Source: Polyangiaceae bacterium (GTDB lineage: Bacteria; Myxococcota_A; Polyangia; Polyangiales; Polyangiaceae). From it: a DNA stretch of 64,000 nucleotides. Below, piece after piece: positions 1-9,566 of the stretch. The stretch is taken from NCBI GenBank assembly GCA_044376115.1, contig JBILLK010000003.1:96001-160000 (forward strand), read 5' to 3'. The stretch's first letter is position 1. Every line of letters begins with the position of its first letter. The notes under the pieces are model-generated. The model was not told the DNA's origin. It saw nothing but the letters and a program-made list of their open reading frames with translations, and searched no databases. The position numbers and the translations under genes were made by a program.

Positions 1-1
1 C

Positions 2-1138
2 GCCGAGGAGTCGAGTTCGAGCATTCTCGAGATGACCACCACCAACGAGGAGGTCGCTCAAAACGTTGCTGAGCTGGCAGCGAGCGTGCGCGAGACGGCC
101 ACAAGCATCGAGGAGATGGCGTACTCGATCCGTGAGGTCGCAAGAAACATCGATGCCCTCTCGCTCACGGCCGAAGAGACCAGCTCATCCATGAACGAGA
201 TGGATGTTTCGATCGACCAGGTTCAGTCGAACGCGAACGAGACCGCTCGCCTTTCGGAAGAGGTTGCACTCGACGCAGAGCGCGGGGCTGAGTCGATCCT
301 CAAGACCATTGGCGAAATCGGTCGCATTCGTGAGTCGAGTCAGGAGGCGGTGAGCGTCATCTCGAACCTTGGTACGCGCATCGATGCCATCGGTCAGATT
401 CTTGCTGTAATCGACGACGTTGCCGAGCAGACAAACTTGCTCGCTCTCAACGCAGCCATCATCGCTGCCCAAGCTGGTGAGCACGGAAAAGGCTTTGCAG
501 TCGTCGCCGACGAAATCAAAGATCTGGCGGAGCGAGCCGGCGGCAGCACCAAAGAGATCGCGGAGCTGATCAAGACCATCCAAGCCGAGTCGCGCAATGC
601 CATCACCGCTGTAGAACGTGGTGCGCAGAACGTCTCGCGCGGCGTTGAAGTCTCCAATGAGGCTGAACGTGCACTGAAGAAGATCCTTGAGAGTTCCCAG
701 AAGTCCACCGCGATGGTTCGGGCGATTGCCCGAGCCACGGTTGAGCAAGCGAAGGGTTCAAAGCAGGTTACCGACGCCATCGGTCGAATTGCTGAGACTG
801 TTCAGCAGATCGCGGCCGCTACCGCGCAACAAGCTCGCGGCTCCGATCAGATCATGAAGAGCGCTGAGAAGATGCGCATGATTACGCAGCACGTCGAACG
901 ATCCAGCCAGGAGCAGGCGCGCGGTGGTCGGCAGATTACGAGCTCGATCGAGCAGATCTCGTCGATGGTCAACACGCTCAATGCGTCGCAAAGAACGCAA
1001 CGGCGCTCGGGCGAAATGCTGGTCGACGTAGCGCGCAAGGTCGAGGACCTGTCGAAGGGTCAACAGGAGCAGTTGCGCGGCGTTCGGACAGCGTACGCGC
1101 GGCTTGAACGCACGCTTACCGACAAGACTGAGAGCTGA
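2..1138 (+). CDS. Methyl-accepting chemotaxis protein, cytoplasmic signalling domain (5'-truncated by window edge)
   Basis: Canonical MCP hairpin [42 protein letters not shown]. The frame is open from position 2 ([11 protein letters not shown]), so the gene begins upstream of the window. Confidence 0.95.
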   Translation, partial: AEESSSSILEMTTTNEEVAQNVAELAASVRETATSIEEMAYSIREVARNIDALSLTAEETSSSMNEMDVSIDQVQSNANETARLSEEVALDAERGAESILKTIGEIGRIRESSQEAVSVISNLGTRIDAIGQILAVIDDVAEQTNLLALNAAIIAAQAGEHGKGFAVVADEIKDLAERAGGSTKEIAELIKTIQAESRNAITAVERGAQNVSRGVEVSNEAERALKKILESSQKSTAMVRAIARATVEQAKGSKQVTDAIGRIAETVQQIAAATAQQARGSDQIMKSAEKMRMITQHVERSSQEQARGGRQITSSIEQISSMVNTLNASQRTQRRSGEMLVDVARKVEDLSKGQQEQLRGVRTAYARLERTLTDKTES

Positions 1139-1185
1139 GCGAGGCGCTCGCGCGTCCCAGTTTTTTGCTTCTCAACGGGTGGAAC

Positions 1186-2664
1186 ATGAACGCCGATCTA
1201 CTGCTCGCGATCGACCAGGGAACCACAGGTACAACCGCACTCGTGATGGATCGCGAGGGGCAAACACTCTCGCGAGCGACGGAGGATTTTCCGCAGCACT
1301 TCCCCAAGCCAGGTTGGGTTGAGCACAACCCGGAGGAGATTTGGCTGAGCGTTGAGCGTTCTGTGGCGCGTGCGCTCGGTGATGCCTTGGGTGCGAGAAT
1401 CGCTGCAATCGGTATCACCAACCAACGAGAGACATCGTTGCTATGGGATCGTAGTAGCGGCACGGCCATTCACCCCGCGATTGTGTGGCAAGACAGGAGG
1501 ACGGCCGATCGTTGTTTGGAACTTCGAAACGCGGGTCACCTCGAGCTCGTGCGCGAGAAAACGGGCTTGGTGCTCGACCCTTACTTCAGCGGTACCAAGC
1601 TCGAGTGGTTGCTGAGGAACGTCGATGGCGCCCGGGCTGCTGCGGCGGCTGGCAAGCTTGCCTTCGGGACGATCGACTCGTACCTGGTGTGGAAGATCAC
1701 CGGGGGGGCTCACGTGACCGACGTAACGAATGCGTCACGCACCCTGTTGATGAACCTCACCAGCTGCGCGTGGGACTCCGACATGCTGGAGCTCTTGTCC
1801 GTCCCGCAGAACGTTTTGCCAACGATCGTCGCGAGTGCTGGCGTGATCGGGGTCACCAAGTCCTTCGCGGGTTTGCGTGACGGCATTCCCATCGCAGGAA
1901 TCGCCGGGGACCAACAGGCGGCACTCTTTGGGCAGGGCTGTTTTTCTCCTGGAGAGGTCAAATGCACCTACGGCACCGGAGCGTTCGTCCTGAGCAACAT
2001 CGGCGCAAAACCAAAACCGAGCTCGGTTGGGCTCCTAACCACGGTTGCGTGGCGGCTTGGGGATGAGACCACCTACGCTCACGAGGGCAGCTCTTTCGTA
2101 GCCGGCGCGGCTGTTCAATGGCTGCGAGATGGGTTGGGCTTGATCCGTTCCGCTGGGGACATCGAGCCACTGGCCTGCGGGGTATCCTCGAGTGGCGGCG
2201 TGGTCTTCGTTCCAGCGCTAGCTGGGCTCGGAGCCCCTTATTGGGATGCTGAAGCACGCGGGCTTATTTGCGGGTTAACTCGTGGCAGCACGGCGGCCCA
2301 CATAGCTCGTGCGGTGCTGGAGGGAATTGCTTTTTCGGTAGCGGACCTGCTGGATGCGATGGGAGAGGCAACTCCGCTCAAACGCATGCGGGTCGACGGC
2401 GGCGCCGCGGCCAACTCGCTCTTGATGCAGATGCAGTCAGACTTCTCCAACATCTCGATCGAAAGGCCCCGTGAGCTTGAGTCGACGGCTCGCGGCGCAG
2501 CCATGCTCGCCGGTGTGGGCGCAGGCTTGTTCGGGTCGCCCGCGGAGGCCCTTTCAATGTCCCGCACCGAGCGCACCTTTACGCCGGAGATGAGCGCAGA
2601 GGACCGCAACGGCGCCAAACGTCTCTGGAGTACGGCCATCGCCCGCGCGCGGCTAACCGGATGA
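1186..2664 (+). CDS. glpK: Glycerol kinase
   Basis: FGGY motifs AIDQGTTGT, GITNQRET, IVWQDRRT, DPYFSGTK, TDVTNASRT, GDQQAALFGQ, KCTYGTG, GLGAPYWD, VDGGA. ATG at 1186 preferred. Confidence 0.95.
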   Translation: MNADLLLAIDQGTTGTTALVMDREGQTLSRATEDFPQHFPKPGWVEHNPEEIWLSVERSVARALGDALGARIAAIGITNQRETSLLWDRSSGTAIHPAIVWQDRRTADRCLELRNAGHLELVREKTGLVLDPYFSGTKLEWLLRNVDGARAAAAAGKLAFGTIDSYLVWKITGGAHVTDVTNASRTLLMNLTSCAWDSDMLELLSVPQNVLPTIVASAGVIGVTKSFAGLRDGIPIAGIAGDQQAALFGQGCFSPGEVKCTYGTGAFVLSNIGAKPKPSSVGLLTTVAWRLGDETTYAHEGSSFVAGAAVQWLRDGLGLIRSAGDIEPLACGVSSSGGVVFVPALAGLGAPYWDAEARGLICGLTRGSTAAHIARAVLEGIAFSVADLLDAMGEATPLKRMRVDGGAAANSLLMQMQSDFSNISIERPRELESTARGAAMLAGVGAGLFGSPAEALSMSRTERTFTPEMSAEDRNGAKRLWSTAIARARLTG

Positions 2665-2886
2665 AGCACCAACTGCCTTTCGTCGGAATGAAACTTGAGC
2701 AAGCACGGTTGACCCCAAGCCGAAGGGAAGCGTGTTATGAATCGAGCTCAGACCGCCGCAGAAACAGCCATCGTTCGTTCGTTCGACAGTCGTCCAGCGG
2801 ACCAGTACGGCAAGTTGGTACGCCTGGAACGACGCAGTCGTGCCGACCGGAGCGAATCCAAAGTACGATTGGATGTCGGTGGGAAC

Positions 2887-3714
2887 GTGAGTGAGGAATC
2901 GATGCCCAATCAGGAAAGCACGACCGGAGGAGAAGCCAGCATCAGCTCCGGCTTGACGTCTGGCGAGCAGAGCGCAGAACCGGAAGCCCCCACAGGACCG
3001 CTTCGGGATGTTCCGGTCGACTGGGAGGCGCTTGAAGACGCCTTCGAGAACAACGCCCCGGAGGTCCACTCGTATCTGCATCTCGGCACGGGAGATGTTT
3101 TGCGAATCGTCGACGGTGTCGCCGATCCGCAGATGCATGCGCGTATTGCGGGCGATGCGAACTACCTGCGCATCGATCCGGTGAGCTCTAGGGAGCAGTA
3201 CCGCTGGATGGAGCGCTACATCCCGATGGTCGAGGACGATGAACTGCAGCGCAAGCTCACGCAGGCGATCGACGGAAAAGGCGCGTTCAGGCGCTTCAAA
3301 GACGTACTCATGTCACACGCACCTGAGCGGGAGCGTTGGTTCTCCTTCCGCTCCGAGCGGCTTCGGATCTTCATGGAGGCCTGGCTCTCGGCGCACGCGC
3401 TTGCGCCTGTGGCGCGAGCCGTATGGCCGACCGAAACGCCCGACGCTGCGCCAACGCCCGTGGGCGCCGAGCCAGCGGCTTCGCCGGAGGCAGCACGCAC
3501 AGAACGGCGCGGTCGAAACGCAGAGTCGCTGCGGCGTACGCTGCGCGACATAGCTGAGTCGCTTGGGCCGCGGGACCTCGACACGCTTGTAGCGTTTGCT
3601 GAGTTCGTGCGAACACGACGAGCAACGAAAGCCTTTGCGAACCACCCTGAGGGCGAGCGGGAGGACGATACTCCGGGCTCACAGGAGCAATTGGCTGCCG
3701 TATCCGGGGACTGA
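2887..3714 (+). CDS. UPF0158 family protein
   Basis: VDWEALEDAFE...YLHLGTG...SREQYRWMERYI...AIDGKGAFRRFKDVL...ERWFSFR matches the UPF0158 pattern. Start uncertain (GTG 2887, ATG 2902 or ATG 2737). Confidence 0.8.
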   Translation: MSEESMPNQESTTGGEASISSGLTSGEQSAEPEAPTGPLRDVPVDWEALEDAFENNAPEVHSYLHLGTGDVLRIVDGVADPQMHARIAGDANYLRIDPVSSREQYRWMERYIPMVEDDELQRKLTQAIDGKGAFRRFKDVLMSHAPERERWFSFRSERLRIFMEAWLSAHALAPVARAVWPTETPDAAPTPVGAEPAASPEAARTERRGRNAESLRRTLRDIAESLGPRDLDTLVAFAEFVRTRRATKAFANHPEGEREDDTPGSQEQLAAVSGD

Positions 3715-3725
3715 GTGGTCCTGCG

Positions 3726-3920
3726 CTAGGGTGGCGCTAGACTAGGTCGGTGGTGGTTCTTCAAAAGGCGCCGTCCGTCATGCTGGTAGCCCTGTTTCTT
3801 CGTGGCTTCTGGCTCGAGGTCTCGACGGACGACGCCGGGCGTACTCACGCGCGGTACCTTTACGGTGCTCGGCAGATATCGAAGGTGGCGGTAGGTCGAG
3901 CATAGGTTGCGCATGGGCAT
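3726..3920 (-). CDS. Small basic hypothetical protein (62-64 aa)
   Basis: Fills the gap after the SurA-like gene (19 bp downstream, same strand). Mostly G/C-ending codons; R/K/H-rich. Confidence 0.55.
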   Translation of the reverse strand: MPMRNLCSTYRHLRYLPSTVKVPRVSTPGVVRRDLEPEATKKQGYQHDGRRLLKNHHRPSLAPP

Positions 3921-3939
3921 GAGCCACGTCGGTCGAGGC

Positions 3940-4653
3940 TCACTTGACCCACTGAATGACGAGCCGGCTCCGGGCCTGCTGCCAAAAATCGTCTACTGCC
4001 GCCGTTAGGCGTTGTCCCATCACCCAGCGCTTGAGGGGCTCAAGAATCGTATCGAACGCCTTGTCGGTGAAGGGCGTTTTCCCTGAGGCATGCAGCTCGC
4101 GCAGCTCGAGTTCTGTTGGTTCCAACAGTGGCGCGACCATCCGCTCGAGATAGAAGCTCGCACGTGCCGAGCGCCGCAGGAGGCCGGCTAGCTCATCGGC
4201 GCCGATCCGTTCACGTTGCATCGCCGCTTCCAGCCGCTCGACTCCACCCACGCGGATCTCCAGCGCCCTCCTGCTCAACTCGGCACGCTTTGCAATCTCG
4301 GTCGGCTCGACCTCCGGCGTGACCGGCAGGCTTTGCAAGAGCTCCTCAGTGACGTGTCGTGAGAGCGCCAAGCGAATGGGCCGATCGACGAGCTTTGCGT
4401 CTGGAGGCTCACCCAGCGCCATCGCCTCGATGCGAGCCTCAAAGGCGAGGATCCGAGCAAAGATGAGCCGCTCTCGCACGCGCTTTTCAGCGCCTTGCTC
4501 GATCAAACGCCACTTCGCCACGACCCGGTCGAGGCGAACCGGCTTGGTCGAGCTTGCGCCGGATTCATCTGCGTACACGTTCTCGCTGCTGTGCAACGCA
4601 CAGAGCGAAAGCAGGCTCGCGAAGCCGATCGAGCGCCAGCGGGCGTTCACCAT
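3940..4653 (-). CDS. Exported SurA N-terminal-domain-like chaperone (no PPIase domain)
   Basis: Signal peptide, then LDRVVA..., VGGVERLEAAMQRERIGADEL, EPTELELRELH, C-terminal ARSRLVI; resembles the SurA/PrsA chaperone core. Overlaps the cdaR stop. Confidence 0.6.
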   Translation of the reverse strand: MVNARWRSIGFASLLSLCALHSSENVYADESGASSTKPVRLDRVVAKWRLIEQGAEKRVRERLIFARILAFEARIEAMALGEPPDAKLVDRPIRLALSRHVTEELLQSLPVTPEVEPTEIAKRAELSRRALEIRVGGVERLEAAMQRERIGADELAGLLRRSARASFYLERMVAPLLEPTELELRELHASGKTPFTDKAFDTILEPLKRWVMGQRLTAAVDDFWQQARSRLVIQWVK

Positions 4654-5576
4654 TTCACAAGAACCTCTTTGGGCTCCAGCTCAACGGTGGCTCCTTGAAG
4701 CGTCCAAACGACACGTGCAATGCGGCTGCCCTTCTTCGATGTATCAACGTCGGATGGTAGCTCGACGCGCGGCACGATCTGGTTGGTGTCGAGCCCCGTT
4801 ACGAGATCTGGGGCTCCGGTTACGCGCACGGTGACAAGCTCTGGCTTGGTCGTCGCCTCGGGAAGGCCCACGACCTCAACGCGTACGGCCTTGAAGCTTA
4901 CCGTCTTCTTCTCACGCATCACCTGCACTGCAGCGAGCACACTCGCGACGTTGTAGTCGACTCCCTGCGGCGGCAGATTCAGCGGTAGCGTCCGTTCATG
5001 AAAGCCTTCCCCGAGCTCGGTCGAGTCGAAGGTATCGGCACGGGCGACCTGCATCAGATCCACGATGGTTCGGGGACCCGTGGCTTGGACGGTTTGCGGG
5101 GTAACCACGACCTGCCCAACCACACTGTGCCCGGAAGCGACTTCACCGCTGCGCGTTGCGCTTACAGGCAACTCGCGTGAGACGATGTCGTCCCAGCGCA
5201 GGTCGATCCGAGCCGGAAAAACCTGCACCACCTCAACTCCCTCTGGCACGTTCGGGATCATCGCGGCTGTGAGCGGCACTTCGTTCTCATGGCCGGTCGA
5301 TAGATCGAGGGTCAGCGTCCCCAGATCGCGCGACAGCGACTCCAACATGGTACGGGGGCCACGCAGCGTGACGCTGATTTGTGAGGGAGGCTCTTTGACG
5401 AGGACCCGCCGCGCCGTCACGGGCGGTTCTGAGTAGTTGACCGCAACATCGAAGCGGCGTTCTTCACGCTCTGAGCCGCGCAAAAAGATGAAGAAGCCAA
5501 ACGCGAGCACAAATGAGAGTGCCTTGAGACCAAGGTTATCCAGCAGACCGTAGAACAGGCCGCCCTGATTGCTCAC
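4647..5576 (-). CDS. cdaR: CdaR/YbbR-domain protein, regulator of diadenylate cyclase
   Basis: N-terminal TM (NLGLKALSFVLAFGFFIFL) and repeated V-x-V-x-GP beta modules (ISVTLRGP, VQATGP, VTVRVTGAP). Translationally coupled to cdaA (GTGA overlap). Confidence 0.88.
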   Translation of the reverse strand: MSNQGGLFYGLLDNLGLKALSFVLAFGFFIFLRGSEREERRFDVAVNYSEPPVTARRVLVKEPPSQISVTLRGPRTMLESLSRDLGTLTLDLSTGHENEVPLTAAMIPNVPEGVEVVQVFPARIDLRWDDIVSRELPVSATRSGEVASGHSVVGQVVVTPQTVQATGPRTIVDLMQVARADTFDSTELGEGFHERTLPLNLPPQGVDYNVASVLAAVQVMREKKTVSFKAVRVEVVGLPEATTKPELVTVRVTGAPDLVTGLDTNQIVPRVELPSDVDTSKKGSRIARVVWTLQGATVELEPKEVLVKW

Positions 5577-6706
5577 GGGTCCTCCGTTGAAGCCAATGCA
5601 GCTCGTTGGCGCGACCCGAGCGGGGGATTGTCATCCTCATCTTCGTCCTCGAGCTCGTCCTCGGCTTTGGTGCCCCCCTTCGGCATCGGCATCACGGACA
5701 TCTTCGCGCGAGGTGTTTCAATTCCAGCGCTGCGCACCGCTTCGAGCTTCAAGCGCTCGGCACGCACGGATTTGCGAACGGTTGGGAGCGGCGTCTGAGT
5801 CGGAGCGATCGACTCTCGCGCAAGTTCCCGAGGCGGTTCTGAACGTGGCCCCGATCCAGCGACTGTTGATTTGGGAGCCGAGACGACCGCCTTTTCCTCC
5901 TCGGAGCTAGCCTTCTTGCGACCGTCTTCAAGCAGGTCGATCAGGGTCTGGCGCAATACCGAGCCATCGATGTTGGTAACGATGTTTCCGTTGAAGCAGT
6001 AGCTGATGGTGCCGCGTTCCTCGCTCACGACGACCACCACGGCGTCCGTCTCTTCCGTGATGCCGAGAGCTGCGCGATGCCGACTTCCCATACTCGAGTC
6101 GAGCTGGCGCCCATCGGGCATTGGGAAGAAGACGCCGGCTCTTGCGATCTTGAGGTCACGAATGATGACAGCTCCGTCGTGGAGCTTGTTGACCGACTCC
6201 GGATAAAAGAGCGAGACGAGCAGCTCGCGCGTTACCGCCGCGCCAATGAGTACACCTTCACTCTTGGTGAACTCCATCAAGCTCGCGTCTTGCTCAAAGG
6301 CGATCAAGGCGCCGATACGGTGCCGAGCGAGTTCTGTGACGGCGACCACGACCTCATCGATCACCCGGGACTGTTCAAGCTTACGGCGCCGCCCAAACCA
6401 GGCGCGGCCACCAACTCGGATGAGCGCTCGTCGGATGTCGTTCTGGAACACGACCACAACGATCAGGATGATTGATGAAAGGACATACGAGAGCAGGGTC
6501 TGAAGGGTGACCAGGCCAACCGCTTTGGCCCCGACGTAGAGCAACAGAATGAGCATCAGCCCGGTGCCCATCTGCATCGCACGCGTGCCGCGCACCACCA
6601 GCAGCGCTCGATAGATGAGATACGAAACAATGCCAATGTCGAGGAAGTCTCTCGCAACGTCCGTGCTCGAACGGCCAGCGAAGAGGCGACTCAACCAATC
6701 AAACAC
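5573..6706 (-). CDS. cdaA: Membrane diadenylate cyclase CdaA/DacA
   Basis: Three N-terminal TMs, VVFQNDIRRAL, GALIAFE, DAC motifs LHDGAVII and GSRHRAALGITEETDAVVVVVSEERG. Long disordered C-terminal tail. Confidence 0.95.
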   Translation of the reverse strand: MFDWLSRLFAGRSSTDVARDFLDIGIVSYLIYRALLVVRGTRAMQMGTGLMLILLLYVGAKAVGLVTLQTLLSYVLSSIILIVVVVFQNDIRRALIRVGGRAWFGRRRKLEQSRVIDEVVVAVTELARHRIGALIAFEQDASLMEFTKSEGVLIGAAVTRELLVSLFYPESVNKLHDGAVIIRDLKIARAGVFFPMPDGRQLDSSMGSRHRAALGITEETDAVVVVVSEERGTISYCFNGNIVTNIDGSVLRQTLIDLLEDGRKKASSEEEKAVVSAPKSTVAGSGPRSEPPRELARESIAPTQTPLPTVRKSVRAERLKLEAVRSAGIETPRAKMSVMPMPKGGTKAEDELEDEDEDDNPPLGSRQRAALASTEDP

Positions 6707-7538
6707 TGGCGACCGCCTCTCGGAAGGCGAGCGCTTGAGCTACTTGTGCGACGTCGTGTACGCGCAGCACGGAAGCGCCCTTGTCCGCTAGTAGCAGACA
6801 GGCTGCAACCGTTGCTCCGAGCCGTTCCGCTGGCTCACACGGGCGAAAGCCAGCGACCAAGAATGACTTGCGACTGGGGCCGACCAACAGGGGATGACCA
6901 CGTTTGACGAGCTCCTCGAGCCGCACGCAAAGTGTCAGCGAATGGGCTGCGTTCTTGTGAAAGCCGAGCCCAGGATCGAGGTAAATCAGCTCCGGATCTA
7001 GGCCCGTGCGGGCCGCCCGATCGCAAGCCTCCCGCCACTCCCGCCAAACGTCCTCCACCACGTCGGAATAGGCGTCCCGGGGCGTGCTCGAGAACCCTGC
7101 CATCTGCGTCATCGAGCCACGGCTATGCATCAAGCAGAGTTCGGCTTCAAAGCTGCGAGCCAGCTCAGCAAGCTCCCGCGCCGGTCCCAAATCCACGCTG
7201 TTGACCATGCATGCGCCCTGCTTGAGGGCATGCTCCGCGACCTCGGGTAACGTCGTGTCGATAGAACAAGCGATGTCCTGCGCAACAAGCAGCGAAATTA
7301 GTTGGCCCACGCGCTCGATCTGTTCCGCCGCGCTTACCGCCCGCGCACCCGGCCTCGTCGACTCAGCGCCAATATCGACAATGTCGGCACCGTCCTCCAC
7401 CAACGTACGGGCGTGGTGAAGAGCCATCGGCTCGTCGAGGAACCGGCCTCCGTCCGAGAACGAATCGGGAGTGCAATTGAGCACACCCATGAGGAGCGGC
7501 ACCCGACGAGCGCGAATCTTGTCGCGCAGGTGACCCAC
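6699..7538 (-). CDS. folP: Dihydropteroate synthase
   Basis: MGVLNCTPDSFSDGG, DIGAESTRPGA, SIDT, LDPGLGF, GPSRKSF, LRVHDV. Start GTG 7538 (alternatives up to 7562). Confidence 0.95.
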   Translation of the reverse strand: MGHLRDKIRARRVPLLMGVLNCTPDSFSDGGRFLDEPMALHHARTLVEDGADIVDIGAESTRPGARAVSAAEQIERVGQLISLLVAQDIACSIDTTLPEVAEHALKQGACMVNSVDLGPARELAELARSFEAELCLMHSRGSMTQMAGFSSTPRDAYSDVVEDVWREWREACDRAARTGLDPELIYLDPGLGFHKNAAHSLTLCVRLEELVKRGHPLLVGPSRKSFLVAGFRPCEPAERLGATVAACLLLADKGASVLRVHDVAQVAQALAFREAVASV

Positions 7539-7579
7539 CCCAAAGTGGTACCAACCCATCACCCAATGGGCAACGAGGA

Positions 7580-9502
7580 TCAGCCGTTCTTACGAAGCAA
7601 GAACAAGAGCCCCAAACCTACGACCACGATGGCAGCACCAATGGCAATCCCAAGAAACAGGGCCATGCCGCCGCTCAAGCGCTTTTGCGGAGACGGCGTC
7701 CAGACTGCAGGCTGATCCGCGTGAGGTTTCGACAGCTCCTCCTTCGGCGGCGCTGACTCTTCTTCCTCTTGGAGAGTGATCGGAACAAGTTCACTGGTTG
7801 GTCGCCTAACCGGACGATCTTCTTTTTCAGCAGCCGCAGCCACCGCCACTGCCTGCTGTGCGATCGCCAGCTCTTCTGCATCCACGCGAAGCGTTTCAGC
7901 GAGCGCTAGATTCTGCTTAGCCGACGCCGTCTTGGCGGAGGCTGAAGCTTCGGTCACCACTGCAGGGGCTGGCTTTACCTTAGGAACGGCGGGAGCTTCG
8001 GGCTCGGAGACTGCCGTACGCTCGTGGGGATGGGGGGTAGGCTTGGCGGGTGTGTCCGCAGGCTTGGGTGCGTCTGCAGGCTTGGGCGCGTCCTTCGGCG
8101 CCGTAACCAACGTGGGCTCAACGCTCTCTGGGCCGGCGACGGTGGGTACTGCGATGCCGCCCTTGAGCGCCTTCTCCATCTCAGCGGCTCGCGATAGCCG
8201 TTGATTGTCAGCGTCCGGTGGAGGCTTGACCATCGTGGCCGCCTCCTCGTCGTCATCGTTCATGTTCGGGCGCGGCGCGTTGAGGGAGGTCTCCTCATTC
8301 GCCAACGACTGCATCGTTTGAGACAGGCTCACCGCCCGGTTTTGTCCGGCGCGTACGACGGGTATGGCGGGCTCCTTGGCACCAGCCGTCGGAGTTTCAA
8401 CGCGTCGAGTCGCAGGTTGAGCCGACGAGGAAGCCTCGGCCTCTTTCCCGAAGGAGCTCGGAAAGATGTCGTCGGGAACCTCAATGTTCAGCGTGGGAAA
8501 TGCCATCCCCGCGTCGGCAGGATGCGTCTCGATCACCAAGGTCCGGTTTGGTTCGACCTCTGGTTTAGCTGCAGCGGGCTCAACGATCGCAAGCACTCGC
8601 AGCACTTCCATCTCCATCTCTTCAGCGCTCTGTTGGCGCTGGACGGGATACTTTGCGAGCGCCCGGAGGATGAGCTTCTCAACCTCGGGGTGAATCTTCC
8701 CGAAGTCACTCGGGGGGCGTGGCGCCTCATTGACATGGCGCATAACGACTTGCATCGGCGTCTCACCAAGAAACGGCACACGACCCGTGATCAACTCATA
8801 AAGTAGGACACCGCACGCATAGACGTCGGTACGGGCGTCGACGGGCTCCGCGCGGCCTTGCTCTGGCGCCATGTACGCGGGCGTTCCGACGATGGTCCCC
8901 ACGCGTGTGAGCATCGACTTCTCTTGCGTCATCGGTTCAGCGCGCGAATCAACCGGCGCCTTATCACCGTCGTCGTCGAGGATCTTCGCTATCCCGAAGT
9001 CGAGCACCTTCACGAAGTCTTGCTGCATCAACCCCGGGATGGGCTGAGCGACGCCCTCGGGGATCTTCACGAGCATGATGTTGTCGGGCTTGAGATCCCG
9101 ATGAATGATCGACTGCTTGTGCGCAGCAGCGAGGGCGCGGCAGACCTGCGCCACGATGCGTAGTGCACGCCCCTCGGTGATCTTCTTCTCCCGGTGCAGA
9201 AGCATCGCGAGGTCGAAGCCCCTGAGGAGCTCCATCGCCAAGAACACGTAGCCCTGGTCAACGCCGAACTCCAGAATCCGCACGGTGTTGGGATTCTTGA
9301 GAATGGAAGCGGCCTTGGCCTCACGACGGAAGCGGCGCACGAACCGGGACTCTTTGGCGAGCTCCGGGTTCATGATTTTGATCGCTACTTCGTCATTGCC
9401 GGCCAAACCGCGGTAGACGGTGGCCATGCCTCCTTCGCCGATGACTCCGGTAAGCCGGAACCGGTCAGCGAGGGTCAGTCCGATGAGTGACGTGTCGGGC
9501 AT
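7580..9502 (-). CDS. Ser/Thr protein kinase with long disordered linker and C-terminal membrane anchor
   Basis: GEGGMATV, VAIK, HRDLKPDN, DFG, GTPAYMAPE; P/A/E-rich linker; TM GMALFLGIAIGAAIVVVGLGLLFLL at the extreme C-terminus. Confidence 0.93.
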   Translation of the reverse strand: MPDTSLIGLTLADRFRLTGVIGEGGMATVYRGLAGNDEVAIKIMNPELAKESRFVRRFRREAKAASILKNPNTVRILEFGVDQGYVFLAMELLRGFDLAMLLHREKKITEGRALRIVAQVCRALAAAHKQSIIHRDLKPDNIMLVKIPEGVAQPIPGLMQQDFVKVLDFGIAKILDDDGDKAPVDSRAEPMTQEKSMLTRVGTIVGTPAYMAPEQGRAEPVDARTDVYACGVLLYELITGRVPFLGETPMQVVMRHVNEAPRPPSDFGKIHPEVEKLILRALAKYPVQRQQSAEEMEMEVLRVLAIVEPAAAKPEVEPNRTLVIETHPADAGMAFPTLNIEVPDDIFPSSFGKEAEASSSAQPATRRVETPTAGAKEPAIPVVRAGQNRAVSLSQTMQSLANEETSLNAPRPNMNDDDEEAATMVKPPPDADNQRLSRAAEMEKALKGGIAVPTVAGPESVEPTLVTAPKDAPKPADAPKPADTPAKPTPHPHERTAVSEPEAPAVPKVKPAPAVVTEASASAKTASAKQNLALAETLRVDAEELAIAQQAVAVAAAAEKEDRPVRRPTSELVPITLQEEEESAPPKEELSKPHADQPAVWTPSPQKRLSGGMALFLGIAIGAAIVVVGLGLLFLLRKNG

Positions 9503-9566
9503 CGGGGATTGGGGAGCCGAGAATACACGAGCGCGGTTAAGGTAACCGCATTTCTTCCCGAGGTTG

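Noticed and set aside
1137..1166. Terminator between the MCP gene and glpK
   Set aside because: The GAGCG/CGCTC stem is short and 11 nt away from the T-run; too weak to call.
2705..2735. SRP RNA-like loop (CAAGCCGAAGGGAAGCG)
   Set aside because: Only superficially like the CAGG...GGAAGGAAGCAG core; the enclosing long stem is missing.
2661..2894. 77-aa ORF overlapping the glpK stop
   Set aside because: No recognisable motif and atypical composition; it spans a probable promoter/leader region.
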